64,000 nucleotides of DNA, from positions 127,558-191,557 of the forward strand of contig JBDHHR010000001.1 in assembly GCA_039589295.1 (NCBI GenBank). Reading direction: 5' to 3'. Shown here one piece after another: positions 9,849-19,337 of this stretch. The notes beneath the pieces are model-generated. The model made no database searches. It saw only the letters and a list, made by a program, of their open reading frames with translations, and was not told the DNA's origin. Position 1 is the stretch's first letter; each line of letters opens with the position of its first letter. The translations under genes were made by a program, and so were the position numbers. Origin of the DNA: Gemmatimonadota bacterium (GTDB taxonomy: Bacteria > Gemmatimonadota > Gemmatimonadetes > Palauibacterales > Palauibacteraceae).

Positions 9849-11422
9849 AACGCCTCCGTTCCCCCCTGACCGTCGGCCTCAGGGCTCAACTTCCCCGCAT
9901 CATCGGCGGGAACAGAGACCGCAGCATCGTCATCCACGTCGCTGGTCTCCGCAGCATCGCCGGCCTCGTCGACATCCGGAGCGGACGCCTCCAGGCTCTC
10001 GGCCTCGATTGCCTCAGCCCCGTCTTCGTCCGTTCCCTCGACCTCCGATTCCTCAGCATTCGACTGGGCCGACTCGGCTTCGAGGCGTGCTGAGGCCTCG
10101 TTCCCCTCCTCCACCACCGTGAGTTCCTCGATCATGCCCATCAACAGCGCGGCTTCCTCCTCGCCGACGCCCGGCACCTGAAGGAAGTCGTCCCGCTCCA
10201 TGTCCAGCACGTCGAAGAAGGTGTTAATCCCTGCTGCCTGCAGCGCGGCAAGAGTGGCCGGCGTTACCCCTTCCAGCTCCGAGAGCGGGAAGTCCGCGAC
10301 CTCGTATTCCTCGCCGCCGCCGAACAACGCTGACTCTGCTCCACGCGCCAACCAGTCGCGGCTGGAAAAGAGGTCTATCTGCCATCCGATGAGCTGTGAG
10401 GCGAGCCGCACGTTCTGCCCATTGCGTCCGATGGCAAGGGAAAGCTGATCCTCGTCCACGATCACCGTTGTCACGTGCCGCTCCGCGTCCGACAGCACCT
10501 TCGCCACTTTCGCCGGGGCCAGAGCGCGCCGAGCGAAGATCTCCGGATCAGGATGCCAGGGAACGATGTCGATGCGCTCGCCGCTCAGCTCGGACACCAC
10601 CGCCTGCACCCGCGACCCCTTGAGCCCGACGCAGGCTCCAACGGGATCCACGGACTCGTCACGGGACGATACCGCCACTTTGGTCCGTCCGCCGGCCTCC
10701 CGGACGATCTCCTTGATCTCCACGATTCCCTGGTAGATCTCGGGCACTTCTATCGCAAACAGGGCCTGCACGAAAGCCGGGTCGGCCCGGGAGAGGATCA
10801 GCCGCGGGCCGCGCGGCGTCTCCTCCAGCTTCTTCATCACCGCCCGGATCGTCTCCCCCTGTCGGAATCGCTCGCGAGGGTTCTGCTCGCGCCAGGGTAT
10901 GATCGCCTCCGCTTCCCGCGAGCGGTTCAGCATCACCACGATCTTGCCTCGCTCGATGGCCTGGACTTCACCGGAGACGAGCTCTCCGGCCATGTCGTTG
11001 AACTCCTCCCGAATACGATCTCTCTCTCCCTCGCGCACGCGCTGGATGATCCTTTGCTTGGCAGCCATTACGGCGTTTCGCCCGAAATCGGAGAACGCTA
11101 CAGGAATCTCCAGGAGATCACCAACCTGAAAGTCCGAATCATCCCAACGGGCCTCCTCCAACGAGATCTGTCGGGCCGGATCCTCCACCTCTTCCACTAC
11201 TTCCTTGAGCACGATGATCTTGATGTCCCCGCCGGGAAGGATCTCGATTTCAGCCTCCACGGGCCCGCCGAAGCGTCGCGCCAGGGCAGCGTGGATGCCG
11301 TCCTTGATCAGATCGACCAGCTCCTCATCCGACAACGACTTGTTCGCCGTCATGACGCGAAACGCTTCAACGACTGGAATCTGATCGCTCATCTTCAGTC
11401 TTTCATCCTCCCTGCGTGTCAC
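9845..11422 (-). CDS. nusA: Transcription termination/antitermination factor NusA
   Basis: N-terminal domain, S1 and two KH domains (GACVGLKGSRVQAV, AIGRNGQNVRLASQL), plus an acidic C-terminal tail. It overlaps rimP by 4 nt. Confidence 0.9.
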   Translation of the reverse strand: MTRREDERLKMSDQIPVVEAFRVMTANKSLSDEELVDLIKDGIHAALARRFGGPVEAEIEILPGGDIKIIVLKEVVEEVEDPARQISLEEARWDDSDFQVGDLLEIPVAFSDFGRNAVMAAKQRIIQRVREGERDRIREEFNDMAGELVSGEVQAIERGKIVVMLNRSREAEAIIPWREQNPRERFRQGETIRAVMKKLEETPRGPRLILSRADPAFVQALFAIEVPEIYQGIVEIKEIVREAGGRTKVAVSSRDESVDPVGACVGLKGSRVQAVVSELSGERIDIVPWHPDPEIFARRALAPAKVAKVLSDAERHVTTVIVDEDQLSLAIGRNGQNVRLASQLIGWQIDLFSSRDWLARGAESALFGGGEEYEVADFPLSELEGVTPATLAALQAAGINTFFDVLDMERDDFLQVPGVGEEEAALLMGMIEELTVVEEGNEASARLEAESAQSNAEESEVEGTDEDGAEAIEAESLEASAPDVDEAGDAAETSDVDDDAAVSVPADDAGKLSPEADGQGGTEAL

Positions 11423-11925
11423 AGATCGTTGCCCACGTCGTATGCCAGAGTCATCCGGGAGATCGCCGCCAGCGGGATCTCTACCCGCTCGCCGCCAACC
11501 CGCACAACGACCCTCTCGTCGCTGCCCTCACTCCCCGCGAGGCCGGCGAGCTCTCCCTCAACCTGCCGGCTGCCCCCCGGCAGGAGCCCGAAGCCTCGGA
11601 CGCGTACTTTCTGACCGGTGAACCGCTCGTAGTCCTGTCGTCGAACAAGCGGTCGCTCTATCCCCGGAGACGAGACCTCGAGGATGATGTCCTCACCGGG
11701 CCCCGACTGAGCCTCCATGAACGCCTGAACCTCCCGACTCACGAGGGCGCAATCCTCCACCGTGACACTCGAGTGGCCCGGCCGTCCGCCTGGTCGATCC
11801 ACGCGAAGACGAAACAGGGGGCGTCTCCGCCCCCCACCGCGCTCCAGCGAAACCAGCTCGTATCCTATGCCGGCGAGAAGCTCTTCCAGCTCTCTCTCGA
11901 GACTCGAACTCATGCGATGACCCAA
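11419..11925 (-). CDS. rimP: Ribosome maturation factor RimP
   Basis: LERELEELLAGIGYELVSLERGGGRRRPLFRLRVD is a RimP match, and it sits directly upstream of nusA. Confidence 0.85.
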   Translation of the reverse strand: MGHRMSSSLERELEELLAGIGYELVSLERGGGRRRPLFRLRVDRPGGRPGHSSVTVEDCALVSREVQAFMEAQSGPGEDIILEVSSPGIERPLVRRQDYERFTGQKVRVRGFGLLPGGSRQVEGELAGLAGSEGSDERVVVRVGGERVEIPLAAISRMTLAYDVGNDL

Positions 11926-11965
11926 CTGGACCCCCGCGCGACTGGCACTACGTCACCGGAACCCC

Positions 11966-12000
11966 AAACAAAAAAGTGGGGCCGAAAGACGTTTCCCCAC
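11966..12000 (-). terminator. Rho-independent terminator between yfiH and the rimP operon
   Basis: On the minus strand GTGGGG-(13 nt loop)-CCCCAC is followed by a TTTTTTGTTT run. It lies about 150 nt downstream of yfiH and upstream of rimP. Confidence 0.5.
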
Positions 12001-12157
12001 TTCAGATCCAAGCGCTCGAACGCCCGGTCGGCCAGCACCGGGCGAGTTTCTTCGTTAGAGAAACTACAGGTGCCGTATCTTTATCGCAAACCCCTTGGCG
12101 CCGTTGCAGGTCACCGGAGTGGTCGTGCCTGACCCGGCGGTCGGCGTGATCCACTCG

Positions 12158-12950
12158 CTAGGCCAGCCTCCAGCCGAGGTAGGCCACCATCCGGCCCGCC
12201 CCCGGGCCCGATACTCGATGGGAAGGTAAGTCCTCCGGACCGCACCGGGTGCAAAGCGTCGAGCGGGCTATGTGCTCCGGCCTTGCCCCCAGTCGAACCG
12301 CCTGATCGGCCAACTCGGCGCGCAGGTCGACCCGGCCGTCACCAGCCCGCTGACCGCCGAGCGCATCCACGACGTCGCCGCCGACCTCATAGCAGTCCCT
12401 GCAGATGGCCGGGCCCAAGTGCAATCGCAGCGATCGGGCTCGTGCGCCGAAGGCCGACTCGAGCGCCCCAACTCCCCGCGCCAGAACGCCAGCCGCCACG
12501 CCACGCCACCCGGCGTGAAGGAGAGCCATGGCTCTCGTGTGCGGATCCAGGATGTATACGGGAACGCAGTCGGCCGCGGTCACCGCCAGAAGCAGGCCCG
12601 GAGTGCAACATGCCAACCCGTCCGCCTCTCCCGGCACGTGGACCCCGCACGCCGGCGGCTCATCGAAGCACACCACGCGGGTGCCGTGCACCTGCCGGGC
12701 GACCGCCGCAGCGGCCAGGCCGAGCAGCCTCGCCAGCTCCTCATAGCTCGCCAGAACGGACCAGGCGGAGGAATGGCCCTGGAGCCCGAAGTCCGGCTGC
12801 CGATCCTCCTGCGAGCCATCAGTTCCCCCGCCGCCTGTTGCCACCCCGGCCGAGAGACCCGGGAACCTCGCTTCCCACTCTTCGTTCCGAAGGAGTGCGA
12901 AGCGGCCCGCGCGCGCGCGTCGCTCGGTGACGACGCCTCCGACCGTCTCT
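12158..12950 (-). CDS. pgeF: YfiH/PgeF family (laccase-domain / purine nucleoside phosphorylase-like) protein
   Basis: The C-terminal two-thirds of the track ORF match DUF152/YfiH (VCFDEPPACGVHVPGEADGL..TAADCVPVYILD..ALLHAGWRGVAAGV). The N-terminal 120 aa of the track ORF overlap murA and are non-protein-like, so the start was trimmed. The true start is uncertain and may be non-ATG. Confidence 0.7.
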
Positions 12951-12963
12951 CCATGCGACGACT

Positions 12964-14247
12964 TCAGCAGGGAACCTCCACACGCTCGATCATCGCGCCC
13001 ATCGCCCGGAGACGCTCGTCTATGCGCTCGTAGCCCCGTTCGATCTGTCCGATGTTGTGGATCTCGCTCTCTCCCTCGGCTGCGAGGGCCGCTATGAGGA
13101 GAGCCATTCCGGCCCGGATGTCGGGACTCTCGAGGACCGACCCGTGCAGGTGGGACGGGCCCACGACCACGGCGCGATGAGGATCGCACAGGACTATGCG
13201 GGCGCCGAGGGAAATCACTTTGTCGGCGAAATACATCCGTGACTCGAACATCTTCTCGTGAATGAGGATGGTCCCTCGGCACTTGGTGGCCACCACCAGC
13301 GCGATGCTGATCAGGTCCGCCGGGAAGGCCGGCCATGGCCCGTCCCCCAAACTCGGAATCTGATTCCCCAGATCCGATTGGATCTCCAGGGACTGCTCGG
13401 AAGGCACGTGAAGCTCCTGGCCGTGGAGATCGCAGTGTATCCCCAGGCGCTCGAACCCTACGCGCAGCGGAGCGAACAGCCCGGGATCCACCTCTTCGAC
13501 CGTCACCTCGGAGCCTGTAATGGCCGCCAGGCCGACCAGGCTTCCAATCTCGATGTGGTCGGGACCGAGGCGATACTCACCCCCACCCAACCGCTCCACG
13601 CCCGTGATGGTCAGTTCGTGCGTACCGACTCCCTCGATGTCTGCTCCCAGCTGGCCGAGGAAGCGGCACAGGTCCTGGACGTGCGGCTCGGCGGCCGCGT
13701 TACGCAGCCGCGTCTGGCCCTCGGCGGTCACTGCGGCAAGGATCGCGTTCTCGGTGCCCGTCACCGACGGCTCATCCAGGAAGATCTCGGCCCCGCGCAG
13801 ATGTCTGGCCCGAAGTTCATAGCTGTCGCCCGCCTCGACCTCCGCACCGAGCCGACCCAGGGCCAGGAAATGGGTGTCGAGCCGACGCCTGCCGATCACG
13901 TCGCCTCCGGGCGGCGGCAGGACGACCTCGCCGAAACGGGCAAGCAGTGGACCCGCGAGGAGAATGGAAGCTCTGATCTGCCTGGCCAGCCGCGGATCCA
14001 TGGTGCCGCCTTCAAGGTCGGCTGCGTCGACCCGCACCGTGTTCCCATCGGCCCACTCAACTTGCGCCCCCAGACTTCCCAGGAGTTCCACCAGCGTGCG
14101 GACATCTCCGATGTCCGGCACATTCCGCAACACCACCGGCTCCTCTGCGAGCAGTGTGCCCGCCAGGATCGGAAGGGCTGCGTTCTTGTTGCCAGCCGGC
14201 CTGAACCGGCCGGAGAGGCGACTTGGGCCCTGGATGCGGAAGTACAT
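12964..14247 (-). CDS. murA: UDP-N-acetylglucosamine 1-carboxyvinyltransferase
   Basis: 427 aa MurA: MYFRIQGPSRLSGRFRPAGNKNAALPILAGTLLAEEPVVLRNVPDIGDV with the EPSP-synthase fold length. Confidence 0.95.
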   Translation of the reverse strand: MYFRIQGPSRLSGRFRPAGNKNAALPILAGTLLAEEPVVLRNVPDIGDVRTLVELLGSLGAQVEWADGNTVRVDAADLEGGTMDPRLARQIRASILLAGPLLARFGEVVLPPPGGDVIGRRRLDTHFLALGRLGAEVEAGDSYELRARHLRGAEIFLDEPSVTGTENAILAAVTAEGQTRLRNAAAEPHVQDLCRFLGQLGADIEGVGTHELTITGVERLGGGEYRLGPDHIEIGSLVGLAAITGSEVTVEEVDPGLFAPLRVGFERLGIHCDLHGQELHVPSEQSLEIQSDLGNQIPSLGDGPWPAFPADLISIALVVATKCRGTILIHEKMFESRMYFADKVISLGARIVLCDPHRAVVVGPSHLHGSVLESPDIRAGMALLIAALAAEGESEIHNIGQIERGYERIDERLRAMGAMIERVEVPC

Positions 14248-14751
14248 TGGAACGACTCCTCGGCTTCGTCATCGCCCGACAGGGCCGAGCGCTCGTACAC
14301 CCCGACGGCAAGTTAGACGACCGCCTCGCGAAGTGGCAACGTACCTGCCCGGATCGGCTTGACAGGCTTTCTCGCCGCCGTCTATGCTTGCCGGGATCTC
14401 GCCGTGCGGCGGCGCGTCTCGGCCCGTACTCACCACCGGGATTCCGAGCGATGAAGCTGTCAGAGTTTGGTCAGCCGGGGCTCGTGGTCGCCGGATGGAG
14501 CGCCGGTCGATGTGTTCTTCGTCCTCCTTTCTCCGCCGGATCAGGCGAACCAGCATATGGTCGCTCGCACGCATCGCGCGACCGGCGCGTCACGAGGAGT
14601 TCGTCGAAGGGCCGCGCAAGTGCGCGGAAGCGCAGGAGGTGGTCGACCACATCGGCCGGTACGAGCGCGAGTACCTCTAGCTCGTGGCTGAAGACGCGAC
14701 CTGGGAACCCCTGGCGCAAGCTCGCGACCGGAGGTGGAAGACGAGAGCCGT

Positions 14752-15105
14752 ATGCAGCTTCTGATAGCGGTCATCAATGATATCGATCGTACCGAAGAGA
14801 TTCTGTCGGGCTTTCTCGAGATCGGGATAACCGGTGCGACCCTGGTCGACTCGGAGGGCATGGGCCGAGTTCTGAGCCACGATATCCCGATCTTCGCCGG
14901 CCTGCAGACTCTGATCTCTCGATCCCGGCCGCAGAATCAGACGCTGTTCAGCGTGATCGACGACCCGTCGAAGGTCGACCGGGCGATCGAGCTCATTCAG
15001 GAGGTCTGCGGGCGCTTCGACAGCCCTGCCACAGGCATCGTATTCACGATTCCGGTCACGCGGGTGGTCGGGCTCGCCTCGGAGTTGACCGCACCGGAGG
15101 GGTGA
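14752..15105 (+). CDS. P-II (GlnB)-like signal-transduction-fold protein
   Basis: MQLLIAVINDIDRTEEILSGFLEIGITGATLVDSEGMGR aligns with GlnB [38 protein letters not shown]. The C-terminal part aligns with GlnB beta-3/beta-4, but the T-loop region differs. GGAGG lies upstream of ATG 14752, and the start was trimmed from track ORF 14734. Confidence 0.6.
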   Translation: MQLLIAVINDIDRTEEILSGFLEIGITGATLVDSEGMGRVLSHDIPIFAGLQTLISRSRPQNQTLFSVIDDPSKVDRAIELIQEVCGRFDSPATGIVFTIPVTRVVGLASELTAPEG

Positions 15106-15554
15106 GGCTCCTTCGGACGGGGTGCTACTGACGCGTCCGTCGTTCCCGGTTGGAACCGCCCGGGGACGGTTCAGGCTCGGTCTGCTCTCGCAGGGAGGTG
15201 TGTCCACGCCATGGCGGTATCCGTGTCCCTCGCCTTTTTCGCAGTGGCCGAAGGGCGCGAGTCGCTGGAACGCTTCTTCGCGGGGGGTTGATGGTAAACC
15301 AGGTGATCGGCCCGCACGCGTCGAAGCGGATCCTCGTATCACGTGGCAAAATAGAAGCTTCCGAGCCCAGCGCCGGTTAGCCCGGTCCTGGAGCGAGGCC
15401 CAACAAGGGGCGTTCGGCCGACAGGGAAGCCGACGTTGTCACTGGCCCGCTTCCTGCAATATCAAGGGTTCGAAGGGCACGTTGTAACGGCAGGCCCCGC
15501 TCCGTATCTTTTCGGCAGGCCGGGCAGACACCCTCTCCGTGATCGGGAGGACCC

Positions 15555-16007
15555 TTGAGCTTTTACGAGATCCTGGTGACCGTCTCGTTGATCCTGTGGA
15601 TCCTGATCAGCATCGGGTTGATCGTCGCGTTTCTGACGCTCATTCCCAAGCTGATCAAGACACTTCGGAAGATAGACGACGCACACGACCTTTTCGCCGC
15701 GAAGACCGTACCGCTCATGGAGCGGGCCGATCAACTGGTCGACCAGGTTAGCCAGATCTCTACCGCTCTCGTTTCGGACGTCGAAGTCGTCGACCGTACG
15801 GTCATTCGAGCCGCCGAGTCGGTGGAGCGCATGGTCGAGCTCGCTGAGGAGCGCGTCTCGGAGATCAACGCATTGCTTGAGGTTGCGGTTGAGGAGGCGG
15901 AGGAGACCTTCTTCTCCACAGCGGCACTCCTGCGTGCACTGCGCATCGGCCGGGGGAAGAAGAAGCGGCACCGGCTGATGGGCGGGGAACGCAGGCGCTT
16001 CGGTTGA
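15555..16007 (+). CDS. Small membrane-anchored coiled-coil protein (DUF948-like)
   Basis: N-terminal TM helix (ILVTVSLILWILISIGLIVAFLTLIP) is followed by a long helical region and a basic tail. The 3' end overlaps the next gene by 4 nt. Confidence 0.5.
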   Translation: MSFYEILVTVSLILWILISIGLIVAFLTLIPKLIKTLRKIDDAHDLFAAKTVPLMERADQLVDQVSQISTALVSDVEVVDRTVIRAAESVERMVELAEERVSEINALLEVAVEEAEETFFSTAALLRALRIGRGKKKRHRLMGGERRRFG

Positions 16008-17002
16008 GCCGCCGGGCCTTTCTGTGCAGCATCGCACTGGCGTCGGTACTCCTCCTGGTGGTGCCGGATGCAGCTTTCGCCTGGGGCCCTGCGACCCATA
16101 CGCAGATCGGTCTGGAGGTCCTCCGCTCCCTCAATCTCTTCCCGGCACCCGTCGCCTCGCTGGTCGCCCAGCATCCCATCGATTTCCTGTATGGCAGCCT
16201 GGCCGCCGACATTTCCATGGCCAAGAAATACGCCCCCGTGGGCAGGCACTGCCATCACTGGCACGTGGCCCGCGAGGTCTACCGCGTTGCCGGTGACGAC
16301 TCCCGTCTGCGGTCGGCGATCCTCGGGTACCTTTGTCACCTGGCGGCCGACGTGCTGGCCCACAACTCGTTCGTGCCGCGCATGCTGCTCCTCACCTCAT
16401 CGACGCGGGCACTGGGACATTCCTACTGGGAACACCGCATGGATTCCGATGTCGGACCGGAGTACTCGAGGCTTGCTCGGTGGATAGTAACGCGTTTCGA
16501 CCACTCGAGAACCGACGAGCTCTTCCGACGGGTACTCTCCAGCACACTGTTCAGCTTCAGCACGAACCGCCGGATCTTTCGCGGGATGATTCGGATTAGC
16601 GGGAACGAGAGCTGGCAGGCCATCTTCGATTCGGTGATAGACAACTCTCGCTGGGATCTCGACCCCACCGAGGTAGCCCGATACCAGCGCCACGGTTTTC
16701 AGCTGGTGGGGGACTTCCTCATCCGAGACGTGGAGGCCTACGCCACGGGGCTGGATCCTATCGGGGCGGAGAGTCTGGCCGAAGCCAAGAGGATCCGGCG
16801 CCGGGTGATCATGGCCGGCGGGTGGCGCACCACTGAGGCGCTGGCGGCAACGGCGGACCACCACTTTCCTCTGCCCGGGGGAGCGACAGCGCTGTGGGAC
16901 GCGCGAGGTTATACCACCGGCCTGGCCGGCGAGATACTGGAAAAGGCGCTGGCCCACAGCGGCACCAAGCCGCTGCCGGTGCTGGACGCCGTGCTGGCCT
17001 GA
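16004..17002 (+). CDS. Secreted zinc-dependent phospholipase C / S1-P1 nuclease superfamily protein
   Basis: Signal peptide MSRRAFLCSIALASVLLLVVPDAAFA is followed immediately by WGPATHTQIG. Mature N-terminal Trp1 plus His is the hallmark zinc-ligand arrangement of B. cereus PLC and P1 nuclease. Further His/Asp-rich segments follow (HCHHWH, CHLAADVLAHNSF). Confidence 0.65.
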   Translation: MSRRAFLCSIALASVLLLVVPDAAFAWGPATHTQIGLEVLRSLNLFPAPVASLVAQHPIDFLYGSLAADISMAKKYAPVGRHCHHWHVAREVYRVAGDDSRLRSAILGYLCHLAADVLAHNSFVPRMLLLTSSTRALGHSYWEHRMDSDVGPEYSRLARWIVTRFDHSRTDELFRRVLSSTLFSFSTNRRIFRGMIRISGNESWQAIFDSVIDNSRWDLDPTEVARYQRHGFQLVGDFLIRDVEAYATGLDPIGAESLAEAKRIRRRVIMAGGWRTTEALAATADHHFPLPGGATALWDARGYTTGLAGEILEKALAHSGTKPLPVLDAVLA

Positions 17003-17066
17003 CGGATCGTCTGCCGGGTTCGCTCTCCGCGGCCTGTCGCTCGCGGCCAACCTGTAACATTCCGAG

Positions 17067-19337
17067 CTACACGGGGCGCAAACGGGCGTGCGCTACCATG
17101 ACCTTCTTGCATCCGAAGCGTCCGAAGTCGATTTCCGCCTTGGTCGACCGACCTGCCCCGCTCACCGAGACGATCTCGCCTTCGCCGAAGCTGGGGTGGA
17201 TGACCCGCGCCCCGACTTCCAGGTGCAACTGCTCCTGCGAGTCGGAAAAGTCGTAGCGGAGACCGGACGCATCGGATGGAGGCGACTGCCGGCGCCACGC
17301 GAACCCGCTCGGCGACGTGCCGGCGCGAGAGGATTCCATAGCGAAACCTTCCTTGTCCACCTCTTCCCGACTCCAGCGCGAGCGCCGCCGCGTGCCGCCC
17401 GCTGCCCCAGCGGCGATTCGGTACTCGACCGGTCCCTCTGGCAGCTCAGAGAGAAACGATGAAGGCTGTGCGAGTACCTCGTTACCGTAACGCCAACGAC
17501 GGTTTGCATGCGTCAGGAATAGCCTCTCCTGCGCGCGGGTGACCCCCACGTAGAACAGCCTGCGTTCCTCCTCCAGCTGGTGGCGGTTGTCCATGGCGCG
17601 CGCCAGAGGAAAGAGCCCTTCCTCGAGCCCGGCCACGAACACGACCGGAAACTCGAGCCCCTTCGCGTTGTGGATGGTCATGAGAGTCACGCCGGGGGCA
17701 CTTTCCTCATAATCATCGATATCGGCTCGCAAGGATGCCGACTGAAGGTAGAGCTCCAGCTCCGACGCTCCATCCCGTCCGTCCTCCACCTCCGCGGGAT
17801 CGAACGCCGCAGCGGCCGCCAGCAGCTCGGTCAAGTTGGCAATCCGGTCGGCCCCATCATCCTCCCGCTCCAGCGCTGCTACCAGTTGAAAGCAGCGAAT
17901 GCACTCCCGAATCACCTCCTCGACAGTCGCATTCCGGCCAAGCTGTGCCAGGGAATTGATCCCGTCCGTGAAGTCGACCAGAGCCCGCGCTCCAGCAGGC
18001 GGCATGCCGGAGAATTCGGTGGCTCGCTCGGCCCCCTCCAGCAGCGTAACCCCCAGCGCTGCCGCTTCCATCCTGAGGCGGTCCAGGGTCACCCCGCCGA
18101 CGCCCCGCCTCGGCCACGACACGGCCCTGGTAAAAGCAGCCTCATCCGCCGGGTTCACCGCCAACAGCAGATACGCCAGCACATCCTTGATCTCGCGCCG
18201 CTCATAGAACCGAACTCCTCCCACGATGCGATAGGGCATCCGCGCGCGTCGGAGCGCATCCTCGAACGGCCTGGATTGGGCATTCGTACGATAGAGCACC
18301 ACGCACTGCTCGGGATCGTGACATCCTGCCAGCGTCTCGATTCGGCTCACGACCCACGTCGCCTCAGCCCTCTCGTCGGCCACCTGAACGACCGTCACCC
18401 GTTCGCCGGATGGGCGCTCCGTTCTCAACCGCTTCTTCTTCCGGTCGCGGTTGCGTGAGATCACCTCGTTGGCCACATGGAGGATGGAAGGCGTCGAGCG
18501 GTAGTTCTGCTCCAAGCGAACGACTTCCGTGCCACGAAAGTCACGTTCGAAGTCGAGGATGTTCCGCAGATCCGCACCGCGCCATCCGTAGATTGACTGG
18601 TCGTCGTCCCCGACCACACAGATGTTGCCGTGCCCGCTGGCCAGACGCCGGATCATCCGGTACTGCGCATGGTTGGTGTCCTGGTACTCGTCCACCAGAA
18701 CGTGGTGAAAACGACCGGCATACCTGTCGCCTACCTCGGTGTCCTCGAGCAGCCGGGTCGTGTGCACCAGCAGGTCATCGAAGTCATACGCGCTCGAGCG
18801 GATGAGGATTTTCTCGTAGAGGGGGTATACCTCGGCCACTGCCCGCGAAGCCAGGTCGAAGGCTGCAGCGGCGTACTCCTCGGGACCCACCAGGGCGTTC
18901 TTGGCGCTCGAGATGCGGGCACGAAGCGCCCCGGGCGACCAACGCTGGGCGTCGAGCCCCGCTTCCTCCATGGCGTGCTTCAGGGCGCGCAGGGAGTCTT
19001 CCTCGTCATAGATGGAAAACGTCGAGCCCCGGGCCAGCCGGTCTCCCTCCCGACGCAGGATCCGGGCGGCAATCGCGTGGAATGTTCCTATCCACAGTCC
19101 ACGCGGCTCCTCACCCAGGAGTCCGGCTATTCGCTCACCCATCACGCCCGCAGCCTTGTTGGTGAACGTTACGGCCAGGATGCGGCCCGGGCGGACACCT
19201 TCCTCATCGATGAGACGGGCGATCCGTGCGGTGAGAACCCTTGTCTTGCCGGAACCCGCCCCCGCAAGGACCAGGAGAGGGCCCTCGGCGTGTTCCACCG
19301 CGTGTCGCTGTTCGGGATTAAGAGCGAGACCGCTCAA
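17067..19337 (-). CDS. uvrD: ATP-dependent DNA helicase, UvrD/PcrA family
   Basis: Walker A LAGAGSGKTRVLTARIA and other UvrD-family motifs. 756 aa with a C-terminal Tudor-like tail. The start appears to be TTG, overlapping the upstream stop (TTGA). Confidence 0.9.
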   Translation of the reverse strand: MSGLALNPEQRHAVEHAEGPLLVLAGAGSGKTRVLTARIARLIDEEGVRPGRILAVTFTNKAAGVMGERIAGLLGEEPRGLWIGTFHAIAARILRREGDRLARGSTFSIYDEEDSLRALKHAMEEAGLDAQRWSPGALRARISSAKNALVGPEEYAAAAFDLASRAVAEVYPLYEKILIRSSAYDFDDLLVHTTRLLEDTEVGDRYAGRFHHVLVDEYQDTNHAQYRMIRRLASGHGNICVVGDDDQSIYGWRGADLRNILDFERDFRGTEVVRLEQNYRSTPSILHVANEVISRNRDRKKKRLRTERPSGERVTVVQVADERAEATWVVSRIETLAGCHDPEQCVVLYRTNAQSRPFEDALRRARMPYRIVGGVRFYERREIKDVLAYLLLAVNPADEAAFTRAVSWPRRGVGGVTLDRLRMEAAALGVTLLEGAERATEFSGMPPAGARALVDFTDGINSLAQLGRNATVEEVIRECIRCFQLVAALEREDDGADRIANLTELLAAAAAFDPAEVEDGRDGASELELYLQSASLRADIDDYEESAPGVTLMTIHNAKGLEFPVVFVAGLEEGLFPLARAMDNRHQLEEERRLFYVGVTRAQERLFLTHANRRWRYGNEVLAQPSSFLSELPEGPVEYRIAAGAAGGTRRRSRWSREEVDKEGFAMESSRAGTSPSGFAWRRQSPPSDASGLRYDFSDSQEQLHLEVGARVIHPSFGEGEIVSVSGAGRSTKAEIDFGRFGCKKVMVAHARLRPV

